64,000 nt of DNA from Minisyncoccota bacterium (GCA_043772945.1 JAYVFR010000021.1:5900-69899), one strand, 5' to 3'; shown: positions 55,712 through 62,955, counted from the stretch's first letter. Numbers and translations are program-made. Notes: generated from the letters alone by a model not told the origin.

Positions 55712-57421
55712 ATGACTTCAGAATTAAATCTTTTTTCAAAACCAGAATTACCTCAAAACATAATTTCAGACCCAAATTTAAACAAAGGCATTTCACAAAT
55801 CCCAGAAGTAAATTCCGAAGACTTAGATACTAGTTACTATTATGAAGTTTTAGTTCCGCTAAAATTACCTAATCCAATTTTAACATATTCTTCAAATAAG
55901 TTTTTGGAGGTGGGTTTAATTGTAGATATTTTAGTTAGAAATAAAGAAATCAAAGGTATAATCTGGAAAATTTTAGACAATACTGAAAATAAAGTGAGTG
56001 ATTATTTTCTTCAAAATAAGATCCAAATTCAAGTTATACGAAGTTTCACATATAATAACAGCGAAAGATCTGGGAATACAATTAAAATAAAGCTATCAAA
56101 GAAGACAATAGAGTTTTTAAAGTTAATTTACTTACATTCTTTTAACCAATTAGGAGTAATATTAGAAAGTTTTTTGTTACCTTACACCCAATTATCAAAT
56201 AAATCTTGGAGTAAAATTCAATTAGAACTAGAAAAACAAACAAAACATCAAATAAATTCAAGTACACAAACATCACAAGAGTTAAAAGAACACTCAAATC
56301 AAGCTGTTACGACTTCATTTAAAACGACTAATAATCTTATTAATAAAGAAGTTAAAAACAATTCACAATTTATTTCCTTTGAGGTTAATCAATTAGTAGA
56401 ATATATTAAAATTCGTATAATGGTTCTTATACGAAGTAACATTAATGCATATTTGATCAATAAAAACGATATAATAGAGAAAAAGATTAGTTTAAACCCG
56501 ATTGTTATTGACCTAAATCTTTTACAAATAATTCCAGAAAAAAAATACTTAAAAGTAATTCAGAGAGAATTTAATTGGAAACTAATAACTCAAGCTTTTG
56601 AAAGAGAGTTTAATTTATTAGAAGAGTTTAAAAACCAAAATTTTAAGATTAACATAATAAGCAATAGTTTTAATTATAGTGAAAAAAGTTCTGAATCTCA
56701 GACCTTAATTTCCAAGCTTATTTTTTTAAATTTAAAACAAGATCAGAGCTGTTTAATTAAAAGTGACAAAATTAATAAGAAAACTGAACAAGATCATAAA
56801 AGCTATGAAACTTCGTATAACTCAAATATTTCGTTAAACGTCCCTAATGTTGATATTCTAATAAACTTAAATATTTATACAGGAAGTCGAAGTATTATGT
56901 TTCTACCTTTTGAGTTTGTTGATTTAATTTATTTATTTGATGAAGGAAGTAGCTATTATATTCAAGAACAAAATAGTTTGTACTATGACACCCGTGAATT
57001 AATTTATTACTTTGCAAGAATTTACAGCTCTAGTTTATATCTAATAAGTAATCATCAATCTACTAGAGCTTATCAATACCAAAAAACTTTATTGACTTCT
57101 CCGACCTTAAAAAAAAAGTTAGACACTGAGAGTATTGAAACTTCGTATAACCTTAAAACTGAGGAAAATATTAAAATTAGCTATAACACGGCTAGTGTTG
57201 TTATTGCTGAAACTATCGAAGAAAAAAAATTAGAAAAACAATACTCTGAGAGCTTAGAAAATGAGTTTTTTGGTGACTCTGACTATTATGATAATGAAAA
57301 CACTCAAAAGTCTCTCAGAATTAATCTGGTGAAGCGGAGTTACTTCAATGCGTCAATAACTGATATCTTTTCTTTTGAAGTGGACCAAATAATCAAAAAA
57401 GAACTTGGCTTGGAAGATTAA
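55712..57421 (+). CDS. PriA-derived protein: N-terminal 3'-DNA-binding-like domain plus a degenerate first RecA domain. Catalytic motifs are lost and the C-terminal half is missing
   Basis: YYYEVLVPLKLPNPILTYSS...VGLIVDILVRNKEIKGIIW parallels the PriA N-terminus. IYTGSRSIMFLPFEFVDLIYLFDEGSSYYIQEQNSLYYDTRELIYYFARI...LISNHQS parallels IVIGTRSALFxPFxNLGLIIxDEEHDxSYKQ...RYxARD...GSATPS. The Walker A position reads VLIRSNINAY. There is no Cys-rich region or second RecA domain. Confidence 0.6.
   Translation: MTSELNLFSKPELPQNIISDPNLNKGISQIPEVNSEDLDTSYYYEVLVPLKLPNPILTYSSNKFLEVGLIVDILVRNKEIKGIIWKILDNTENKVSDYFLQNKIQIQVIRSFTYNNSERSGNTIKIKLSKKTIEFLKLIYLHSFNQLGVILESFLLPYTQLSNKSWSKIQLELEKQTKHQINSSTQTSQELKEHSNQAVTTSFKTTNNLINKEVKNNSQFISFEVNQLVEYIKIRIMVLIRSNINAYLINKNDIIEKKISLNPIVIDLNLLQIIPEKKYLKVIQREFNWKLITQAFEREFNLLEEFKNQNFKINIISNSFNYSEKSSESQTLISKLIFLNLKQDQSCLIKSDKINKKTEQDHKSYETSYNSNISLNVPNVDILINLNIYTGSRSIMFLPFEFVDLIYLFDEGSSYYIQEQNSLYYDTRELIYYFARIYSSSLYLISNHQSTRAYQYQKTLLTSPTLKKKLDTESIETSYNLKTEENIKISYNTASVVIAETIEEKKLEKQYSESLENEFFGDSDYYDNENTQKSLRINLVKRSYFNASITDIFSFEVDQIIKKELGLED
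56033..56048 (+). repeat. dispersed repeat copy 6 (GTTATACGAAGTTTCA), in frame inside the priA-like CDS
   Basis: This exact 16-mer is the reverse complement of 56806-56821 and 57136-57151. Codon-aligned (V I R S F). Confidence 0.85.
56410..56433. repeat. perfect palindromic copy 7: TTCGTATAA-TGGTTC-TTATACGAA (9-6-9)
   Basis: The two 9-bp arms are exact reverse complements around a 6-bp spacer. The arms are the core of the dispersed repeat. The site encodes ..IRIMVLIRS.. at the expected Walker A position. Confidence 0.85.
56801..56823 (-). repeat. dispersed repeat copy 8 (reverse complement GAGTTATACGAAGTTTCATAGCT)
   Basis: Inverted relative to copies 4-6. Codon-aligned in the priA-like CDS (S Y E T S Y N S). 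Confidence 0.85.
57136..57164 (-). repeat. dispersed repeat copy 9 (reverse complement CCTCAGTTTTAAGGTTATACGAAGTTTCA)
   Basis: 26/29 match to copy 5 in inverted orientation. Shares the exact 17-mer CTTCGTATAACCTTAAA with 61202-61218. Confidence 0.85.
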
Positions 57422-57528
57422 AAGCTCTAAATAAGTAGTAAAGTCTGGATCGATTAAGATTTTCTCTATCCTTGACGATATAGATTTTGTCCGATGTTAC
57501 TAAGTTAGTAATTAGCCAGCAAAGTATA

Positions 57529-57807
57529 ATGAAAAAAAATGCCTTAAAAAAGTATCAAAACCTCAAACCAGGCGATGTCTTTTATATAATTGATAACTGT
57601 GATAAAAGAAAACCAAAAAAAATTCCAATTAGAGTTACCGAAAAAACTGATTTAGGAGACGACAAAACAGGATACGTCACAGAAGATGGAATTATAGTCT
57701 TCTATCAGTGTGATTGTTTAAGAACTTTCAGATTTAGATTTACTGTTCCTAAAGATTTTATCAATGTTAAAGATGAAAATCAATTTTATTATCTTTCTTT
57801 AGAATAA
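57529..57807 (+). CDS. hypothetical small protein
   Basis: The ORF is open from TTG 57487 and the first ATG is at 57529. Followed by a family T3 terminator. Confidence 0.4.
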   Translation: MKKNALKKYQNLKPGDVFYIIDNCDKRKPKKIPIRVTEKTDLGDDKTGYVTEDGIIVFYQCDCLRTFRFRFTVPKDFINVKDENQFYYLSLE

Positions 57808-57864
57808 AATAGGAAGATTATCAAACTAGATAAACCAACAAACTTTTCTCCCTAACCCCATAAT

Positions 57865-57897
57865 CCAGCAATTGATTTATATCTTGCTGGTTTTTTT
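57865..57897 (+). terminator. intrinsic terminator, family T3 (CCAGCAA-N12-TTGCTGG-T7)
   Basis: Perfect 7-bp stem plus a T-run. The flanks (AACCCC upstream, TTTATTCAAATATTTTTT downstream) recur at 59011-59046. Confidence 0.65.
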
Positions 57898-57923
57898 ATT
57901 CAAATATTTTTTTTATTCAAATA
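57891..57923. repeat. tandem duplication of about 16 bp (T7-8 ATTCAAATA x2)
   Basis: TTTTTTTATTCAAATA followed by TTTTTTTTATTCAAATA. Confidence 0.85.
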
Positions 57924-57980
57924 ATTAACACCATTCTTAAACTTTAAAGATAAACTTTATAAAAACTCCTTATATAATTT

Positions 57981-58337
57981 TCAAATTCTTGAGGAGACAT
58001 TATTAATTTTAGCCAAATCATTTAAAACTATCCAGGAACTACCAAAGCAATCATTAAATATTCTATTTTTTCGTACGTCCAAATTGCCATCAATTGAATT
58101 AGCGTTTCTGTGTTCGGGGTTCCAAAAATTATGCCTGATAGAATAATTTGGTTCAGTGTATCTGCGAGCTACAATATAAACAGTAACACGAATATTGCCT
58201 AAATGAAAATCAAAAACTATATTGCCTAAATGAAAATCAAAAACTTCAGAAGTTTGTACTTCCTGCACATTCTTTTCTTCCTTAGAATTATCAGGATCTT
58301 TAGGACCATTAGTTAATCTAATTAATTTACTTTCCAT
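57981..58337 (-). CDS. hypothetical protein containing an in-frame 27-bp tandem duplication
   Basis: VFDFHLGNI occurs twice. Overlaps the upstream ATP-grasp remnant by 11 nt. Confidence 0.4.
   Translation of the reverse strand: MESKLIRLTNGPKDPDNSKEEKNVQEVQTSEVFDFHLGNIVFDFHLGNIRVTVYIVARRYTEPNYSIRHNFWNPEHRNANSIDGNLDVRKNRIFNDCFGSSWIVLNDLAKINNVSSRI
58192..58244. repeat. tandem duplication: 26-mer ATATTGCCTAAATGAAAATCAAAAAC x2, 27-bp period
   Basis: 58192-58217 and 58219-58244 are identical. Confidence 0.9.
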
Positions 58338-58743
58338 CTATCTCTCTGTTTAAAAGGTTTAAAGATTGAAAATATTTTGATAGTCCAGTTTTATATAAAT
58401 TATAAACAATTCCCTCATCATTTTGCTCCAAGAAAATTGTAAGCCCTGGGTTAGTATTAATTTCAATCAAAGACATTATATTATTTCGATCTATTACAAT
58501 ATCAAGACCACACCAAAATATATTAAGTTTTTGAAAAATTGGATTTACAAACGATTGAACCTGCCTTTTAAAATTCAAATCAGAAATTAAAACAGCTTTA
58601 CTACCCTCCCAATGGAAAGGACTTAAATTACATTTATTTATCTGCTTATAAAGAATTGACATTCCCATATATATATGCCAGCTTCGAGGTGCTGGTTTTA
58701 AAAAAGACCGGCGCAAAAACGCACAACAAAGGGAAAATCTCAT
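58327..58743 (-). pseudogene. ATP-grasp enzyme, C-terminal part only (RimK-like)
   Basis: WCGLDIVIDRNNIMSLIEINTNPGLTIF matches the C-terminal ATP-grasp motif (GxDxx...xxEVNxxPG). There is no room upstream for the N-terminal and central domains. Confidence 0.5.
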
Positions 58744-58984
58744 GGAAACTGTTGCTAAAATCTACATCCGAGATAATTCAGATAGGCATTGGGAAAGGTT
58801 CGGTGAGAAAGTGGTGATTGCTAATCTTTTTCAAGATAATAATAAATACATTGGTGGCTATAGTGGAAGCTCCTTGAAAGAAGTTGAAAGCTGGTTAAAA
58901 AACGAAAAAATTTCTCACAGTACTTATATTAATGTACAAAATTTAAGTGTCGCACCAAATGGTGAAGTCTATTCTTGTAATTGA
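58742..58984 (+). CDS. hypothetical small protein
   Basis: 80-aa ORF followed by a T3 terminator copy. It occupies the place where the ATP-grasp 5' half would be. Confidence 0.4.
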   Translation: METVAKIYIRDNSDRHWERFGEKVVIANLFQDNNKYIGGYSGSSLKEVESWLKNEKISHSTYINVQNLSVAPNGEVYSCN

Positions 58985-59010
58985 TTATCCAAAGATTTTT
59001 TAACCCAACC

Positions 59011-59046
59011 CCCTAGCAATAAAACAATGTTGCTGGGTTTTTTATT
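59011..59046 (+). terminator. intrinsic terminator, family T3 copy (CCC-t-AGCAA...TTGCTGGG-T6)
   Basis: Stem with one bulged T. The flanks are homologous to 57865-57897. Confidence 0.55.
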
Positions 59047-59062
59047 TCAATATTTTTTGTAG

Positions 59063-59785
59063 CTAAATATCTTTTTTCCAGCCATTTTCTCCCAGGAACC
59101 AATTACCAGGACAAGTAGTAGACAGCAATAACTCTCTATGCCCAGAAACGTTTTGAATTAAATATTTCTCTTTGTAATGTACAATAAGTTTATTTAAAGA
59201 GTTTATTTGCTTGTTGCTCGGTTTAGGAGTTTGAGGGTCAGTAAAATCACCTACTAAACAAATTCCAATAGAATTAAAGTTATTTCCTTTACAATGCCAG
59301 CCTAAGTATTCGTCTTTTAAAGCTTGAATTATTTCCCCATCTGGAAACACTAACCAATGATAAGCAATAAAAATTTGTTCACCATTCAAATAATGCCCAG
59401 AATAAATTGGTTTATTATATTCGTTGTAAAGTAAATTAGAGAAATAATCTCCATATTGCCTAATTAGTTGCAAAGCATTTATCCATTCAAAAATTTCTTG
59501 ATTAGTCTGCTCTAGTAAAATTCCATCAGAATGGCTATGATGCAAAACTATTTGTTTAATTTCACTCCTTAGACTATCATCATTAACTCCAGCTTTAGAG
59601 ATATAAACTTGTTTTTGTTTTAATAAATTTAGGACCAAAGATACATAAGCATTTTTCTTTTCTTTCCATTCGTTAGTTTTTAATTCTTGAGCAATTTCCT
59701 CAAAAAAATATTCTTTCCAAATAGGTCTCATTAAAATAGCCCAGTTAGGACTTTCAAAGATTTCCCGAGTTTGATTATTTAACAT
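59063..59785 (-). CDS. N-acetylmuramoyl-L-alanine amidase (Amidase_2/PGRP domain) with an N-terminal extension
   Basis: IVLHHSHSD, YHWLVFPDGEI, GWHCKGNNFNSIGICLVGDF and VSGHRELLLSTTCPGNWF. Confidence 0.8.
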   Translation of the reverse strand: MLNNQTREIFESPNWAILMRPIWKEYFFEEIAQELKTNEWKEKKNAYVSLVLNLLKQKQVYISKAGVNDDSLRSEIKQIVLHHSHSDGILLEQTNQEIFEWINALQLIRQYGDYFSNLLYNEYNKPIYSGHYLNGEQIFIAYHWLVFPDGEIIQALKDEYLGWHCKGNNFNSIGICLVGDFTDPQTPKPSNKQINSLNKLIVHYKEKYLIQNVSGHRELLLSTTCPGNWFLGENGWKKDI

Positions 59786-59925
59786 ACCAGCCAAAATTAT
59801 TAAATTATTGAGTAAGTTAATACATAAATTTTAATACTTAGCAAGCTTTGACAGTAGAGTATTACTATGCAGTAATTGTATTTATCCGATCGACTTTCCT
59901 TCCAAAAAAACTAGGGTTTATCAAA

Positions 59926-60498
59926 ATGAGTATTCCTGCTTGGTTTGCAGATAACTTTATTAGAGAGATAGTTAGACAAGTTTCTTGTTCAATGAAATTT
60001 CTCCCACCGTCGGTTGTAGGTTTTAAACCACTCTTATATATTTTTATTTTTTCTCAGGTGATTGGCAATAGTATTAAAGCTGGAGAAAACTTAAGAGAAG
60101 TCGTTAGAGGAACTATTAATAATTACAAATTTCTCTGGTGGATTATCCAAAGAGGTTTGAAAGATATTTCTTTAAGTTCAATGATTTTCTCAAACACTCC
60201 CTGCTTACTCAAAATTGTAACAACTGAGGCTTTCAAGGAACTATTAATTAAGGAATTTGGACCTAATTATAATTCTGAAATTAACATTATTGTTGGTATT
60301 AGAAACAACATACTAAGTTGCCCGCAATCCATTGTTCAATTAGAAGGCATGCGCACTGGGGAGAATGGACTTTTTCAAGTTCTTGTTAATTCTAGCTGGG
60401 GAGAGTTTAGAGATGGAATTATTGAAGTTACTTTTACTTCAAATCAATCAAAGGAATCAAAAGCTGTTCAGTTAATAATTAAGTGCAAATTTGGCTAG
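59926..60498 (+). CDS. hypothetical protein
   Basis: The ORF is open from TTG 59848 and the first ATG is at 59926. No recognisable motif. Confidence 0.4.
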   Translation: MSIPAWFADNFIREIVRQVSCSMKFLPPSVVGFKPLLYIFIFSQVIGNSIKAGENLREVVRGTINNYKFLWWIIQRGLKDISLSSMIFSNTPCLLKIVTTEAFKELLIKEFGPNYNSEINIIVGIRNNILSCPQSIVQLEGMRTGENGLFQVLVNSSWGEFRDGIIEVTFTSNQSKESKAVQLIIKCKFG

Positions 60499-60606
60499 TT
60501 CAATTAAAAAACTAGTTTACAAAATATCCTCTCTCTTATTTTTACACCGCAAAGTATAATTTATAAGAGATTTTTTTAATAATTAAGATTTGGTCTAAAC
60601 CTAGTT

Positions 60607-62325
60607 TTAACTTCTATCAATAAATTCACTATGGCTTGCTGGATTTGGTTCCTTAGTAATTCTTATTCCTTCTAATAGCAGATCACTATCACAAGCAAGT
60701 TTGTTCATTATAAACATAGTTCTGCGAACATTGATATGACAACCACAAGTTGAACGAATCTTAGACAAATAACTTAATTCCTTAACTGAACCATGCATTA
60801 CAGTTCGAACGCTATGAGCAAAAGGTAGAAACTGAATTAATAAATACTCGGGAATATCAAGTTTTTGCTTGAGTTTTTTCCATAAAGTTTTAAGCTCTGA
60901 GTAATAATTTTGTAAATCTTTTTCAAATTCTACTCTCAAGTAATTATTTGCCTCCACACGAGTTAAGTAATCTGGCAAATGATAACCTTCCTTTAATAAA
61001 TTTTCATAACTATTCTGAATTTCCAAGAGTGGAGTAAATCTTCCCCAAGCCCTGTGTCTATTTAGATCCCTTGCCTCAGCAATACTTTGATTAATCTCAA
61101 ATGTATAACTATTAGTCTGGTATTGATTGCTCATTTGTTTATGTTGAGTAAAATTGCTCACTAGAACCTTACTAATCTCGGTTTTTTGAATATCACTTAA
61201 GCTTCGTATAACCTTAAATAAACTCTCAAAAGATAAGCTTGGATACAATGTAATGATATTTTGGACCAGAGTTTTCTCAGTTGCAGTATAGCTATTATCA
61301 AAAAACTTTACACCCAACTCTCTATAGTCTATAAAATTGGTTTTGTTCACACTTTGAATTTCATTTTGATCCTTTAGAAGCTTTGTTAAAATTTCATTTT
61401 GTTTCAAATAGTTATCAAGGTCTGCTAATGAATTTGTCTGAGTTTCATCACTTTGAGTATAGCGAATTAATTCTGAGGCTTCTGGGACATAACCAAGCTC
61501 ATCAGCAACAAGACTCTCTGGAGCAAAGAGCCATTCTAATTGCTCAGCTAAATAAACTAATTCATGATCTTTTTCACTTTTAAAAATTCCAATAAGTCGC
61601 GCCCATTCCCGAGCCGAAGTTATCCAAGCAAGACTTGTTCTATTCATAAAACCACTAGGTAAAAAATATCTGGCACTATCAAAAACCCTTGCATTAAGTG
61701 CATTTACTTGTCCTTTATTCTCAGTGTCAATTTCATAGTTTTTTGCATATTCAATTGTTAATTTTTTTACATAGTAATTATACTTAGAGAGAGAACTTTC
61801 TAGGAGAGTTTTAAATTCAGCGTTCAATTCCTTATAATTTTTATTTTGCTTAGTGCTTTCTCGCTTTTCAACTGGTAAATATTCACTCAATTCATTCAGA
61901 ATTAAATTATCAAATTTCTGGTAACGAGTCGATCTCTCCTGCCCTCCACCAAGGCTCGTTGAATAAAAGAATTTCCAAGCAAGTGCCTGAGGAACATTTT
62001 CGATATACGCAAAAAGATTTGCCATATCAGCTACGCTAGCATGACCATATTGGCGGAAAATCGTAGCCAGTTTCTCGTTTGCACCCTTTTGAGCGTTTTT
62101 AATCTCTTTAAACAAATTTATTGCCCCCAAGTCAGATCGTGAATAGCGAGCTCCTGCAAAGGCCATAATTGAAGCAACTTGTTTACCAGAATTAGGTAGA
62201 GCAGTCCTCAGCACAAAATTGGTTCGTGAATCAATTAGGGAAACCAAAACTAAATCAGTCTCATCGGGGCTAGTCATTTCAAATTTAAAATATTCAGGAA
62301 GTTTCTTAGAATTAGTTTGAGACAT
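60607..62325 (-). CDS. thyX: double-length ThyX-like (Thy1 domain) flavin-dependent thymidylate synthase homologue
   Basis: FAGARYSRSD, GGGQERSTRYQ (SxRY-like) and ARDLNRHRAWGRF (RHR motif). 572 aa, about twice a canonical ThyX. Confidence 0.65.
   Translation of the reverse strand: MSQTNSKKLPEYFKFEMTSPDETDLVLVSLIDSRTNFVLRTALPNSGKQVASIMAFAGARYSRSDLGAINLFKEIKNAQKGANEKLATIFRQYGHASVADMANLFAYIENVPQALAWKFFYSTSLGGGQERSTRYQKFDNLILNELSEYLPVEKRESTKQNKNYKELNAEFKTLLESSLSKYNYYVKKLTIEYAKNYEIDTENKGQVNALNARVFDSARYFLPSGFMNRTSLAWITSAREWARLIGIFKSEKDHELVYLAEQLEWLFAPESLVADELGYVPEASELIRYTQSDETQTNSLADLDNYLKQNEILTKLLKDQNEIQSVNKTNFIDYRELGVKFFDNSYTATEKTLVQNIITLYPSLSFESLFKVIRSLSDIQKTEISKVLVSNFTQHKQMSNQYQTNSYTFEINQSIAEARDLNRHRAWGRFTPLLEIQNSYENLLKEGYHLPDYLTRVEANNYLRVEFEKDLQNYYSELKTLWKKLKQKLDIPEYLLIQFLPFAHSVRTVMHGSVKELSYLSKIRSTCGCHINVRRTMFIMNKLACDSDLLLEGIRITKEPNPASHSEFIDRS
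61199..61218 (-). repeat. dispersed repeat copy 10 (plus strand AAGCTTCGTATAACCTTAAA), in frame inside the thyX-like CDS
   Basis: The 17-mer 61202-61218 is identical to 57141-57157. In the thyX sense strand it encodes F K V I R S L. Confidence 0.85.
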
Positions 62326-62484
62326 GTTAGTTTTATTTTTGTGATTGTAAAAATATATTTAATGCAAAATTTTTAAACTAGTTAATATCTTTGTCAATAT
62401 TCTAAAAGGATAAAAAAAGACACCCAAACACTTAAAGTATTTAGATGCCAGCAATATCAAAATAATATGTTTTAAATTAACTAA

Positions 62485-62808
62485 TTATGTTAAAGCTACA
62501 TTCCAAGAACAAGCATTTTTACTATCACTTAGAGCAAAGCAAGTAATAGTATACTTTCCTTCATAACCTTTTTCCTGTTTGTCGCGAATTGATATTTCAT
62601 GAAAGAAATAAGTAGAAACCATATTGTGGGCTCTTTTTTTATCCCCAGCTAAAGCACAAATTACACATGAAACTTTTTCTGGTGGTAGCTCGCCTGGATT
62701 TCTTTCGAGAGAGCTGATTATTCTAGGAGTTAAACCATCAAATGTAACTCTGAAAAAGAAGAAATATTTCACTTTGAGCTTTCTCCAAAATTTAATTAAT
62801 GCGATCAA
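62485..62808 (-). CDS. hypothetical protein
   Basis: 107-aa ORF with no recognised motif. Confidence 0.35.
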   Translation of the reverse strand: MIALIKFWRKLKVKYFFFFRVTFDGLTPRIISSLERNPGELPPEKVSCVICALAGDKKRAHNMVSTYFFHEISIRDKQEKGYEGKYTITCFALSDSKNACSWNVALT

Positions 62809-62925
62809 ATTTGATTGCTTATTTATTTAATAAATATAAATTCTTAGTTTAGGCAAGAGAAAAGAGCAAAAGAAAGTTTTATTTGCTTTACTCAATCAGC
62901 CAACAATACTCAGCACTCTTTTGAC

Positions 62926-62955
62926 TTGTCAATAGTTTAATATTTGCTTTATTAT
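62926..62955 (+). promoter_or_regulatory. candidate promoter directly upstream of the gyrA fragment
   Basis: TTGTCA (62926-62931, overlapping TTGACT), 18 nt, TATTAT (62950-62955). The ATG is at 62966, so the leader would be very short. Confidence 0.35.

Noticed and set aside
56410-56433. Engineered loxP site
   Set aside because: In the palindrome itself only TTCGTATA (8 nt) matches the loxP arm. The longest match in the repeat family is the 11-nt AACTTCGTATA in copies 8 and 9. The spacer is 6 bp, not 8, the arms are 9 bp perfect, not 13, and no vector-like sequence surrounds the site.
56033-56821. Intragenic inverton that would recode the priA-like protein (exact 16-bp inverted repeats, both codon-aligned, interior length a multiple of 3)
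   Set aside because: The minus strand of the interior has no ORF of 60 aa or more in the track. Inversion would therefore introduce stops rather than an alternative coding sequence. Inversion as an on/off switch remains untested.
57865-59046. Integron attC sites closing gene cassettes (T3 hairpins after small ORFs)
   Set aside because: No RYYYAAC/GTTRRRY core sites could be found, and there is no intI integrase or attI nearby. The structures are fully explained as hairpin plus T-run terminators.
13325-62325. Prophage or jumbo-phage origin, because of RNR, ThyX, SSB, a helicase, an amidase and a large M23 protein
   Set aside because: No capsid, portal, terminase, tail or integrase genes are present. 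The region is interleaved with clear cellular housekeeping genes (ychF, pepA, murT, mutM, xseA, a tRNA).
3685-62830. Short ORFs in the track that lie antisense to, or nested within, well-supported genes. These are 3685-3915, 5207-5428, 7570-7998 (three ORFs), 10023-10235, 10490-10738, 15478-15794, 16418-16696, 19075-19368, 21478-21735, 22843-23034, 25609-25806, 29609-29950, 30996-32510 (four ORFs), 35326-35511, 36351-36752, 36862-37062, 40417-40731, 41021-41792, 45183-45845, 46332-46571, 52817-53137, 61383-61583 and 62624-62830.
   Set aside because: Each overlaps a longer ORF that has recognisable family motifs or consistent membrane topology. Their sequences are low-complexity translation artefacts of AT-rich antisense strands.
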